A stretch of DNA of 64,000 nucleotides from Planctomycetota bacterium (GTDB lineage Bacteria; Planctomycetota; UBA1135; JACQFD01): positions 76,955 through 140,954 of the forward strand of contig JAEUHX010000087.1 in the NCBI GenBank assembly GCA_016792805.1, given 5' to 3'. Within the stretch, counting starts at the first letter, position 1. Each line of letters starts with the position of its first letter. Under the pieces are notes generated by a model. It ran no database searches, had not been told where the DNA came from, and saw only the letters and a program-made list of their open reading frames with translations. The translations under genes and the position numbers were made by a program. Positions 26,324 to 35,800 of this stretch are shown piece after piece.

Positions 26324-28390
26324 TTATTCTTCGGCTTTGTGCCCGTGGGCTGCGGCCCACTCGGAAACGATCTGCTCCTGGAGCGTCGAGGGGACCTGGT
26401 CGTAGTGTGAGAACTCAAGGGTGAAGGACCCCTCCCCCGCCGTCACGGAGCGCAGCTGCGTTGTGTATTGCTGCAACTCCTTGAGCGGCACCTGGGCCTT
26501 CACGATCGCTTGGTCGCCCACGGAATCCATACCCATGATGCGGCCGCGCCGGGTATTGAGGTCTCCGATCACGGCGCCCATCAGCGCTTGCGGAATCACA
26601 ATAGTTACATCCATGATCGGCTCGAGGAGGATCGGCTTCGCCTTGATGAATGCGTCCTTAAATGCGTTGCGCCCGGCAATCTCGAATGAAATGCCGTCGG
26701 AGTCGACCTCGTGATACTTGCCGTCGTAGACCGAGACGCTCACGTCAATCACTTCGCAGCCCGCGATGATTCCCTTCTCGAGAACGCTGCGCATCCCCTT
26801 CTCGACAGCGGGAAGGAACTGCCTCGGGACGGATCCGCCCACGACATCATCCACAAATTCGAACCCGGCGCCGCGTTCGCGCGGCTCGACGCGGCAATAG
26901 ATCTCCCCGAACTGTCCGCGTCCGCCCGATTGTTTCTTATGTCGATAGTGCCCCTCTGCCTTGCCTCGGATTGCCTCCTTGTATGCAATCTTGGGCAGAT
27001 GGGTCGACACCTCGACTCCGTACATCCGGTGGAGACGGTGCAGCTGGGTGTTGATCTGCAGATCGCTCAGACCCTCAATAATCAGCTCATGGGTCGTCGC
27101 GTCGCGGCGCAGGTGGAGTGAGGGGTCCTCGGCGACGATCTTGCGCAAGGTCTCAGCAATCTTGCCTTCGTCCTCGCGGCGCTTCGGTTCGATCGCCCAA
27201 GAGACCGTGGGCTTCGGAAGCTCCGGCTTCTTGAAATGAAACACGACGCCGCGATCTTTGCCTTCAAGGGCTGGCAGGAGCGTGTCGCCGAAGTGCAGCG
27301 GAGCCTGCATCTTTGATATCGCAATGAGCTGGCCGCTCACGCAATGATCCGTCGGCTTCCGATCCTTTCCGAAAAGTGTAAGAATCCCGCCGATCTTTAG
27401 CGGCTTTCCCGAATGGGGATCGGCGATGGGAAGGTCGTGGTCGAGCGTCCCGCGGGTCACGCGCACGTAGTGGATCTCGCCGATCGCCTTATCGGTAACT
27501 GTCTTGAAGACGAATCCGGCAAAGGGCTCAGTCGTGCTCGGCGAAACCTGCACTTCCTTGCCATCGGGCCCGACTCCAACGTGCGCGCCGAAATCAACCG
27601 CGCGCGGAAAGTACAATTCCACAAATCGAGCGAGCTCGGGGATGCCAAGCCCAGTCGCTGAGTTCACAAAAAACACCGGTACGACGGTCTTGGCGACCAT
27701 GGCCCGGGCAATGGCCTTCTCGAGAACCTCGGGGGCAACCGAGCCCGATTCCAAGTAGCTCTCCATGAGCTTCTCGTCTGCTTCGACGACGCGCTCCACG
27801 AAGGTGGCGTAGAACCCGGCTGCCCGATCCCTCAGCCCCGCGTCGGCATCGGCCGCCGGCCGGAGGACATCGACGACCTGCTTGGCGTTCGGACCGAGCG
27901 CGTTGGGAAGCGTGACCGGAACACATCGGTCGCCGAACTGCGACTGAATCGCCTCGAGCACAGTGTCGAGTTCGACGTTCGGATGGTCCATTTTGGTGAC
28001 CACGATGGCGCGCGCGACGCCGGCCGCCTCGGCGCGTCCCCACATCGTCCTTGCGTGGAACGGGATCGTTCCAACGGCAGGGATACAGATCGCCGCGGTC
28101 TCCACCACAGAGAGTCCCGCGATCGCGTCCGCGATGAACTCGGGATACCCCGGGGTATCAATCATCTCCACGATGCCGTTCTTCCGCGGCAGGTGCAGCA
28201 CCGCGAGCTGGAACGAGTGCTTCTTTTCTTTCTCTTCCGGCTCGTAATCCGCGACTGTCGTGCCGTCGGCTACGGAGCCTTTCCGAGTGATGGCGCCGTA
28301 CGCGTGGGCCAGGGATTCCGCAAGCGTTGTCTTTCCCGAGTCGGCGGGGCCGACGAGGGCAAAAGTACGAACATCGATGACCTGAGCCAT
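26324..28390 (-). CDS. Elongation factor G paralogue with non-canonical GTPase motifs
   Basis: 688 aa and collinear with EF-G through domains I-V (YHEVDSD, LEPIMDV, DLNTRRGRI). G1 is GPADSGKTT. G2 reads KKHSF in place of RGITI. G3 is DTPGYPEF, with Tyr where the catalytic His sits. G4 is TKMD. AAGGAG lies 9 nt upstream of the ATG. Confidence 0.9.
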   Translation of the reverse strand: MAQVIDVRTFALVGPADSGKTTLAESLAHAYGAITRKGSVADGTTVADYEPEEKEKKHSFQLAVLHLPRKNGIVEMIDTPGYPEFIADAIAGLSVVETAAICIPAVGTIPFHARTMWGRAEAAGVARAIVVTKMDHPNVELDTVLEAIQSQFGDRCVPVTLPNALGPNAKQVVDVLRPAADADAGLRDRAAGFYATFVERVVEADEKLMESYLESGSVAPEVLEKAIARAMVAKTVVPVFFVNSATGLGIPELARFVELYFPRAVDFGAHVGVGPDGKEVQVSPSTTEPFAGFVFKTVTDKAIGEIHYVRVTRGTLDHDLPIADPHSGKPLKIGGILTLFGKDRKPTDHCVSGQLIAISKMQAPLHFGDTLLPALEGKDRGVVFHFKKPELPKPTVSWAIEPKRREDEGKIAETLRKIVAEDPSLHLRRDATTHELIIEGLSDLQINTQLHRLHRMYGVEVSTHLPKIAYKEAIRGKAEGHYRHKKQSGGRGQFGEIYCRVEPRERGAGFEFVDDVVGGSVPRQFLPAVEKGMRSVLEKGIIAGCEVIDVSVSVYDGKYHEVDSDGISFEIAGRNAFKDAFIKAKPILLEPIMDVTIVIPQALMGAVIGDLNTRRGRIMGMDSVGDQAIVKAQVPLKELQQYTTQLRSVTAGEGSFTLEFSHYDQVPSTLQEQIVSEWAAAHGHKAEE

Positions 28391-28460
28391 CCGAGCGAGC
28401 TCCTTTACGAGCCGTCCGACGGTGCAGCCTCAACAGCACGCATCGCCGAGCTGACCGCTA

Positions 28461-28500
28461 GAGAAAAAAGAAGGGTCCAGACTCTACCGAGTCCGAACCC
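28461..28500 (-). terminator. Rho-independent terminator after the OmpA-domain lipoprotein gene
   Basis: Minus strand: GGGTTCGGACTC-GGTA-GAGTCTGGACCC-TTCTTTTTTCTC. This is a 12-bp stem whose two non-Watson-Crick positions are G.U on the minus-strand RNA but C.A on the plus strand. Confidence 0.65.
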
Positions 28501-28596
28501 TCTTTGGGCACTGGGTCGAAGGCTGCTGTCAGAGCCTCCGTCAAGGCGCCTACCGCGGGAGCAGGGATTGAATCTCTGGCTGCGTTCAGGACGGGA

Positions 28597-29343
28597 TCAG
28601 TCGATCCAGATTTCGACGCGGCGGTTCTTCGACTTCTCTTGCTTGCCGGAGCCAGCGGCGACGGGCGCGTACTCGCCGAACGCAGCGGGAACCATGCGCT
28701 TCTGAGAAATCCCCACGGCAGAGAGCTCCGCCACAACAGCCACGGCGCGCTCGAAAGAAAGGTGGCGATTGTCCTTGAACTTGTCGCGCGACTTCTTGGG
28801 CGGATCCGCGTCGGTGTGCCCCGCAACCCAAAGACGCGCGTCGGCGGGAAGGCTCTTCGCGAGCGCAGCTCCGACGTCGCGAACGGCCTTCTTGCCCTGT
28901 GCCGTCAGCTCAGCGCTGCCGGGGTTGAACGCGTCTCCGAGCGCGAGAGTGACGCAGACCTTGCCGTCGCGCACTTCAACGTTGCCCTTCGAATTGCCCA
29001 TCGACGTGGAGAGCTTCTTCGCGAGGGCGGCAACCTCCGCGCTCCCGCGGCCGGCGACCGCGTCCGTCGGTTGGCCGATTGTGCCCGCAGCGGCGACCGG
29101 TCGAGCGGCGGACTGCTCGCGAGCAACGCGCGCGGCCTCCTCGGCCGCGCTCGCCTTCTGCTGAAGCGTCGTCTCGCGGGCTCGCGCTTCGTCGCGCTCC
29201 GCCTTCACCTGGTCGAGTTCATTCTCGAGCTGGTGATTGGAATTCGCGAGGTCGTCGTTGCGCCGCTTCAGATCGGAGTAGCACGACGGCATCAGAGGCA
29301 CGGCGAGAAATAAAGCCACAGAGAGAACTTGTGTGAATCGCAT
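28597..29343 (-). CDS. Lipoprotein with coiled coil and C-terminal OmpA/MotB-like peptidoglycan-binding domain
   Basis: ORF 28597..29532, start MRFTQVLSVALFLAVPLMPSC at 29343. Coiled-coil segment (NHQLENELDQVKAERDEARARE). The OmpA_C-like tail reads AGHTDADP...NRHLSFERAVAVVAEL...NRRVEIWI. Confidence 0.8.
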   Translation of the reverse strand: MRFTQVLSVALFLAVPLMPSCYSDLKRRNDDLANSNHQLENELDQVKAERDEARARETTLQQKASAAEEAARVAREQSAARPVAAAGTIGQPTDAVAGRGSAEVAALAKKLSTSMGNSKGNVEVRDGKVCVTLALGDAFNPGSAELTAQGKKAVRDVGAALAKSLPADARLWVAGHTDADPPKKSRDKFKDNRHLSFERAVAVVAELSAVGISQKRMVPAAFGEYAPVAAGSGKQEKSKNRRVEIWID

Positions 29344-29353
29344 CGGGTTACTC

Positions 29354-29399
29354 CGGATCCTGCAACGGATCCAAAGATGAGTGGCAAACGAGCGGATCC
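29354..29399. promoter_or_regulatory. Cluster of three CGGATCC palindromes directly upstream of the OmpA-domain lipoprotein start
   Basis: CGGATCC at 29354-29360, 29366-29372 and 29393-29399, with a fourth at 29543-29549. The first two can pair with each other and abut the GGAG Shine-Dalgarno-like sequence. Confidence 0.35.
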
Positions 29400-29553
29400 G
29401 CCGGAGCAGCGTGCGCGCCGATTCGGAGCCTGTGGGCTCGTGCGCCATGGAGAAACGTGAATGGGTTCGTATTGAGGAGATGATCTGAGAAATTACAAAA
29501 ATCGCCCGGGGACCATGGAGTTCGGAGTTCACAGCGGCCGCTCGGATCCTCCA

Positions 29554-30714
29554 TTATCCGTGGAGGCCGGAGAACGCCGCAAATACGCTCAGAACTTCGC
29601 GCCGATTCAAAAGCACAATTGCAGCCCCCGCCGCGAGGAAGGGCCCGAAAGGAATCAGCCGCCCCGCCGCATTCGCGACGGACCAGGCGGTCGGCCTCCG
29701 TTCGATGCGGTGGCTCCGCGGCCGTTGACGAGCCCGTCGACGCTGCACCAGAAAAACGTAGAGGCGCGCGATATTGGCAATCCCGAGGAGCGCTCCAAGC
29801 ACCGAGGCCACCGCAAATGCCAAGAGGGACCCCTCGGGTCCTACGCAACCGCCGATTGCTCCCTGCAGCTTCACATCTCCAAATCCCATCGCTTCGCGCT
29901 CATTTCGGATGCGGAGTTCACCGCCGGGCTCAATTGGCTGGGCTGTATCGCGAACCAGCACGGGATTTGTGGCGGTCGGCGCCTTCCACAGAATCTGCTG
30001 GTCCTCGACGAGCCGCTGGACCTCGGCCGAAGAGCGCTTCATACCGGCCGATGCCAAGTAAGTGTCCAGGCGACGGGGCCTTGCGTCGGCCGGAACCTGG
30101 AGAATCTCAACGCTCGAGTAGGCCCATGTGCCTGCTGCACGGATAAGTGCCACACTGGCTGCACCCGTTCCGACGCCGAGCACGCTCACCACCAGCGCGC
30201 GCAGCCGCTCATGCTCAATCCAGGGTGCGAGCTGGCGTGCGCCCCAAGTGTCGGCCAAGAGATGTGGAGCGATGAGCGCCAGCAACGGCCCGAAGAGGAG
30301 TCCCGGAATGGTGATCTCGTCAGGGAGGATCGTGAGTTCGAGATCGATCAGAGAGAGCGCGAGCAGCGCCGCGAGTGCAATCCAGATAAAGATCAGTGCC
30401 GGCGAATAGCCTGGGCCGGGTTGCATCCACCAAGCCCACAAGAAGAGCAAACTGCAGGAAAGCTCCACGACGGGATAGCGCGCCGAAATCGGAGTTCTGC
30501 AGCGCCGGCATCGGGCACCCAGCAGCACCCAGGCGACCACCGGAAGATTGTCATACCAAGCGATGTCCGCGCTGCAGCGAGGACAGCGGGAGCGACCGAG
30601 TAGCGATCGCCAGCCGCCCTCCGGCAAGCGATGGACGACAACGTTGACGAACGAGCCTACAGCCAATCCAAAGAGGGCCGCGAATATGCCGAATACAAGA
30701 GTGACGCCGTCCAC
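29554..30714 (-). CDS. pilD: Prepilin peptidase / N-methyltransferase (A24 family) with large cytoplasmic insertion
   Basis: 386 aa with a GTG start. CPRC...CRRC zinc motif. First catalytic Asp in LSLIDLE (D124), second in GFGDVKL (D280), and a C-terminal IPFGPFL motif. Confidence 0.85.
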   Translation of the reverse strand: MDGVTLVFGIFAALFGLAVGSFVNVVVHRLPEGGWRSLLGRSRCPRCSADIAWYDNLPVVAWVLLGARCRRCRTPISARYPVVELSCSLLFLWAWWMQPGPGYSPALIFIWIALAALLALSLIDLELTILPDEITIPGLLFGPLLALIAPHLLADTWGARQLAPWIEHERLRALVVSVLGVGTGAASVALIRAAGTWAYSSVEILQVPADARPRRLDTYLASAGMKRSSAEVQRLVEDQQILWKAPTATNPVLVRDTAQPIEPGGELRIRNEREAMGFGDVKLQGAIGGCVGPEGSLLAFAVASVLGALLGIANIARLYVFLVQRRRARQRPRSHRIERRPTAWSVANAAGRLIPFGPFLAAGAAIVLLNRREVLSVFAAFSGLHG

Positions 30715-30783
30715 CGGTCGTCTGCGATTGTGACTTCTTCGGAGAGCGGGTTCAAAACCTAGGAATCGATGCTGCCGCGGAAA

Positions 30784-32586
30784 TCACCTGGTCGAGATTT
30801 CGAAGACGGCTCGGTCGACAACCGGAGCCACGAGTTCGGGGCCACTGCCGGCGCGCAGGAGTGAGATCTCGATTTGAAACTGCATCCACTGTCCGGGTGG
30901 GAGTCTCTCGGCCGGATCGGCCCATGGGGTTGCCGACCGGGGATCCATTGCGGCGGTCTCCGGATTCGGGGCCGGAAGGGAGCGTGCCGTGCGCACGCGG
31001 AGCGCCACGTCGCCGCTTCCCATGGCCGATTCGGCTCTTGCACCAACGATTGTGACAAGGCGGCCACCCATGCGGATCCACTTGGATGTGCTCACATAGC
31101 GAAGATTTGGCCGGGAGCGGAAGCTGGTGGCGTCGAGGAGCGGTGTGCGCTGGAACTCGCGCTCTTTCACTCCGCTCAGATCACCTGCAAGCCCCATCCC
31201 CGCAGGTGCAATGATCCGAAGCTTCGTGCATTCGATGCGGGCGCTGGCGGCGACCCTCACCGCGCCCCCTGCCACGAGGAGCAAGGTCCCAGGAGTTGTG
31301 ATCCTTCCCGATATGTGGAGATCTCCTCCTGCGACAAGGGCGAGATCCCACGGCCCCATGAGACCATCGACTCGCTCCCAAGCGGGCTCGTGGGTTCCCT
31401 CTCGTCTCGCGGAGAGCACACCGCGCAGGTCGAGACTGCCGGCGCATCCAATGCAGGACGGCAGCACAAGCCTCCCTTCGTCCGTTGGAAGGGAATCAAT
31501 CGAAGAGGCTTGGAGCAACCTCGTTCCGAGCTCGCCGCGCAACGCGATGTGGCCATCGCGACCGTCGCCGGCGGCCTTCGGGAAATGCGCGCGCAGCGCG
31601 CCGTCTCCTGCCCATGTGGCCGTTGCCGTCTGCGGGTCGAATGTCTCCGGCGTCGACCGGTCATGAACATAGAGAAATTCTTCAATAATTGAACTCGGCT
31701 CATAGCTCGGCGCCGGGATGATTTCGAATCGCGGCTGTCGGCCGTCCAGAAGGCGGCACGGATTGCCGCCGAAGTCGGTGACCCGATCGGACACTTCAAG
31801 CGAAACCGCCGAGTACCCGTCCAGCGGCGCCACCGTTCGGAGCTCGATGCGCGCAGAGGAAGTGTCGTTGCGGAGCACCGGATCCAACAAGGCAATGGGC
31901 CGACGACTGCCGCGGTCGTCGATCCCGATGAGCTGAAAATTGTCTGCGGTCACTCGATGGGGCGCCAACGGCTCATCTGTGGCAAGCTCAAGCGCTGCGC
32001 CGCGATGCCATAGGACACTTGCGATCTCGCCTCCGCCCGCAGCCGGATCGCTGGCACCATAGACCGTGAGCACGGGCCCTTTCCACGGAGAATGGTCCAC
32101 GAGAAGGGCGAGCGTGGAGTCCTGGCGCAGCGGAGCTGTGGTGAACTCGAACCGATGGGATTTCGAGAGCACCTGCCCGCGTGAGGACCGAACTCCCGAC
32201 GCCCTCGGAAAGCCCATGATCTCAACGGTATAGGTTCGCCCCGGCTGAAGTCCTCCATCGGCGTAGTCGACCCGGGAAGGGAGCGCGGGCAAGAACCTTA
32301 CTCTTCCGTTGGGAAGCACGTCGAGCTTCCCAGCAGTGACCCGCTCTCCGGGCGCGGAATCGGCGAGAGCGATTCGAATGCCGCCGCCATGGACGCTTCC
32401 GGGATCGACCGGCTGATTGAAGACCCAGGTCAGCTCGCCATTGACGGGGTGCCCCGTGGCACCGCCCTGGAGGAAATTGGTGAGGTCGAAAGGAGCCTCA
32501 GCGGGCGGCTGGCAAGCAGTGAGCGGACAGGCGACCAATGCCAGCGCGCAGAGCAGAATCCTGAAATGAGAGCGGTCCACGGACAC
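30784..32586 (-). CDS. Lipoprotein D: SbsA-Ig-like domains plus beta-helix-like region; short paralogue of the giant lipoproteins
   Basis: 600 aa with a GTG start. Signal ILLCALALVACPLTAC. Ig-like segment LTWVFNQPVDPGSV...GRTYTVEI. C-terminal QWMQFQIEISLL...PVVDRAVFEI resembles the tails of lipoproteins A, B and C. Confidence 0.75.
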   Translation of the reverse strand: MSVDRSHFRILLCALALVACPLTACQPPAEAPFDLTNFLQGGATGHPVNGELTWVFNQPVDPGSVHGGGIRIALADSAPGERVTAGKLDVLPNGRVRFLPALPSRVDYADGGLQPGRTYTVEIMGFPRASGVRSSRGQVLSKSHRFEFTTAPLRQDSTLALLVDHSPWKGPVLTVYGASDPAAGGGEIASVLWHRGAALELATDEPLAPHRVTADNFQLIGIDDRGSRRPIALLDPVLRNDTSSARIELRTVAPLDGYSAVSLEVSDRVTDFGGNPCRLLDGRQPRFEIIPAPSYEPSSIIEEFLYVHDRSTPETFDPQTATATWAGDGALRAHFPKAAGDGRDGHIALRGELGTRLLQASSIDSLPTDEGRLVLPSCIGCAGSLDLRGVLSARREGTHEPAWERVDGLMGPWDLALVAGGDLHISGRITTPGTLLLVAGGAVRVAASARIECTKLRIIAPAGMGLAGDLSGVKEREFQRTPLLDATSFRSRPNLRYVSTSKWIRMGGRLVTIVGARAESAMGSGDVALRVRTARSLPAPNPETAAMDPRSATPWADPAERLPPGQWMQFQIEISLLRAGSGPELVAPVVDRAVFEISTR

Positions 32587-32629
32587 AGCCCATCCTACGG
32601 ATCGAGGTGGGTTCTTGAGCCGCTCCGTC

Positions 32630-32663
32630 GAAAAGACGCGGGCCGTGCATTGGCACGGCCCGC
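32630..32663 (-). terminator. Terminator/attenuator-like hairpin between lipoprotein B and lipoprotein D genes
   Basis: Minus strand: GCGGGCCGTGC-CAAT-GCACGGCCCGC-GTCTTTTCG, an 11-bp perfect stem. It lies 188 nt after the lipoprotein B stop but only about 44 nt before the lipoprotein D start. Confidence 0.55.
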
Positions 32664-32850
32664 ACGATGAGTCGTTTGTCGGGGCGCTAGCAGGTCGTTG
32701 AGAAGCTGCCGTTGAGCAATTCGAAGTTCACTATTCGCAAAGTCGAGGAGGGACGCGTGGGACGTAGCAAGGTGTTACGTCGATCGCGGCTCAACCATGA
32801 GATCACGAGAAGCGGACGAGAACTGCCGGAATGAATACTTCTGCGGCCTG

Positions 32851-35800
32851 TTAGTTGAACTGGAACGGAACCTTCAGGAATCGAACTCGCGGCTTCGAGC
32901 TGGAGGCCGTAACCGCACCGCCCAACGCAACGTCGAAGGTCACCGTGAACCGAATGAAGCGCTTGCCTGTGAGAATGCTCATGTCGGAGGTGCCAACGCC
33001 GGTCGAATCCTGGACCGCTGTTGGAACGATCGACGCCAGATTCACATTTCCAGTGGCGTCGGCATCGGCGCCTTGGAACTGGATCTGAACGGCCGCGAAC
33101 GAGCTGGTGCTCGGTGGCAGGAAATCGTTGATTTCGCCGGCGCTCGTGAAGGTTGAAACCTCAAAGCTCCGAGTCACCAGCTGCCACGCAGGAGTACCGC
33201 TCAGGCCCGCGTTGAGCGCCGTCGGATTCCCCGAGCTGCCGTTGTCGGTCGTGAGAACGATGTTATTCCCGGATTCGGTTGCTCCGATCACCGTGCCGGC
33301 GTTCGAGCCGACGCGGACGCGATCAAGAATCATCGTCTTGGGCTCCACCGCCTTCAGGTTTCCGCCCGCGATCAGATCGAGCTTCGCAAGTGTGATCGAG
33401 TTGGCCGTGACGCTCGACGCGTTCACAGTGCCCGACACGCCCACGATCGGTGCAACAAATCCCTGGGCATCGGTCAGGATCTTACCGACCGGGCCGAGGC
33501 CTGAAGCCGGGAGAGCGAGGCCCGCGAACTCATAGGTGGGCTTGCCCGCCGCCAAGGGAAGGCCCGTGTCGAACCAAGTCGAACGGACCCGGCTCTGGGA
33601 GCCGAACCCCGGCAGCAGCAGCAGCGGGGCCGGGTCAAAGTTGGCCGGCAACGGCTGGGCGCTCGCGGTACCGCCGCCGAGGAACGCCGTCTTATAGAGC
33701 CCGGTCGCGGGATTGATCGGCGCATGGAGCTGCACGAGTCCCTTGCCGCCGCGGCCGCCATGGCCAAGCCCCAGCGAGGTAGTCGGCGGAACGGGATCCT
33801 GCTGACCGGAATTCGCGCCGCCTCCTCGTCGTCCACCGCGAGCGAGAATGGTGCCGGAGGTCGCTCCGATGAATGCATCGATCGAATCGGCGCTTTGAAT
33901 AATGATCGTGCCGCCAGCGCCACCGCCAGACCCGCCGCCGATTCGGTCAAGGAAGATGGTGTTCTCACCGGCAGCACCATTGCCGCCGGAGGCAGAGATC
34001 GTCCCGGCAACCGAAACCTTGCCGAGAGCCTGAATCGAAAGGATGCCGCCGCCGCCGCCGCCACCGGCGCCCTTCTTGTCAACGGCTCCGAAATTGGGAT
34101 TGGTGATCGTCGTCGAACCAATGGCATTGCCGCCGCCGCCACCACCCTGGCCACCGAGCGGAGTCACAATTTCTCCGGTCAGGTTATCGCCACGCCCCAT
34201 CAGGACGACGAGGTCGCCCGTCGCCGCTGTGACCGGCAGCGGTGCCGAGAAGTTCACTGCTGCCAGATCTCCCGTCACGCTGGAGATCTGGCGAACCAGA
34301 ACCTTCGAGCGGAAGCACTGGGTCGGGTCCAACGCGGTCGTGCCCGTCGTGCAAGCGGCAAGTGTGTCTTCCCAGGTGCCCGCGGTTCGATAGATCGCGA
34401 TGAATCGACCGACATCCGACGTATTGAAAATCGGCGAAGTCGCGCGCACTTGAGTCGTGGAGCCGGTCGTGATGCAGGTGCCCCGCGTCACGATGGTCGT
34501 GCCGACGAAGTCATCGGTCGGAGACGTAGTGACAAAGTTGAGCGGGCCAGGTGCGCCGCCTTGAGGGAACGTCGCCGGGTTCACCGCACTCACACCCTGA
34601 GGAGCAATGCAGGAGCCGATCGTGAACGACGCCGTCGTGGGGCCGTCATTTCCCTTCTCGCCCGCCGTCGTATGGCTGCCGCCGCCGCCACCGGCCGGGT
34701 GGCGATCTTCGTTCTCAAAGCACTGCTGCCCGTTCACCACCGGCACGAGCGCCGACTCGCCGCCGAAGCCACCGCCGTTCAACACATTGAACGGACCGGC
34801 TCCTTGACCACCCTTCACGCTCGACTGGCTCGTCACCGGATTACCAACGCCGCCCGAGCCGCCGCCGCAGATTCCGGCGCCACCCGGCTCCGAGAACTGC
34901 GCGGCCGTGAGAAGTGTCTGGACGTCGGAAGCGTCGGCTCCGGTCACCAGGATCTGGCCGCCGGCGTCCACCTGCACCGTTTCATTGGCAAAGATCTGAA
35001 GCGGATTCAGACCCTGCCCGACGAGTCGACCGCCGTTGAAGACGCGCAGCCGGCGCAGGAAGATCCGCCCGTTCACAAATGTCTGCTGAACCGGGGATCC
35101 GATCGCACTCTTGAGGGTGAGCGTCGCGGCGCTCGTATCGACGAAGATCGTCTGACCGGATAGCACCTCGAGATCGTTATCCGTCGGCTGGCCGCCGAAG
35201 GAGAAGCCGGCTTCGAGGAATCCTTGGCTGTTCCACTCCGCCGCCGGGAATCCGAAGCCGGGGTTCTGGTCCTCGCGCGCCGCGGAATCAAAACTCTCAA
35301 CGATCGCGTCGTAGTCCGGAGTCGACGCAGTCTCTACGATGGGCTCGGTCCCGAAGCTCGCGGGGATCGCCGTTGGGAATAGTGCAGTCTCTCCGGTGAT
35401 GTCACTAAATCCTTGGGAGATCAGGAATCGGATCCGACGACCGCTCGGCAGAAGGCCCAGCGGAGTCACACGAACCTTGGCTCCAGCCGCCGTGCAATTC
35501 TCGATCAGCGCGACGCTGACAGGGATCGACGCGAAGCTCGATCCTGTCGTATTGAACTGGAGGCTGATGTTCGAAGACGTAATGTTTGTGGCCGCCGGAT
35601 CGACAGGCTGATTGAACGTCACATCGAAGTAGACGGACGGGCCAACGAACTTATTCGTGGGGATCGTGGCGCCCGCTGTGAAATCGCTTTCCACAAGGTC
35701 GCCCGCGCTGTTCGGCGTCACAAAAACAACTCGCGTGACCTGCGGCGACTCGTTCACCTTGGGGTCGTAGAACACTCCGGACCCTGCGGGCTTCGTCACG

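Noticed and set aside
34043-34075. GCC/GGC trinucleotide runs (also around 14935-14965 and 17398-17410), considered as possible slipped-strand phase-variation tracts.
   Set aside because: They are in-frame Gly codon runs inside the lipoprotein genes and are interrupted by synonymous variants (ggc/ggt/gga). Triplet slippage would not shift the frame. They reflect the poly-Gly protein motif rather than a switch.
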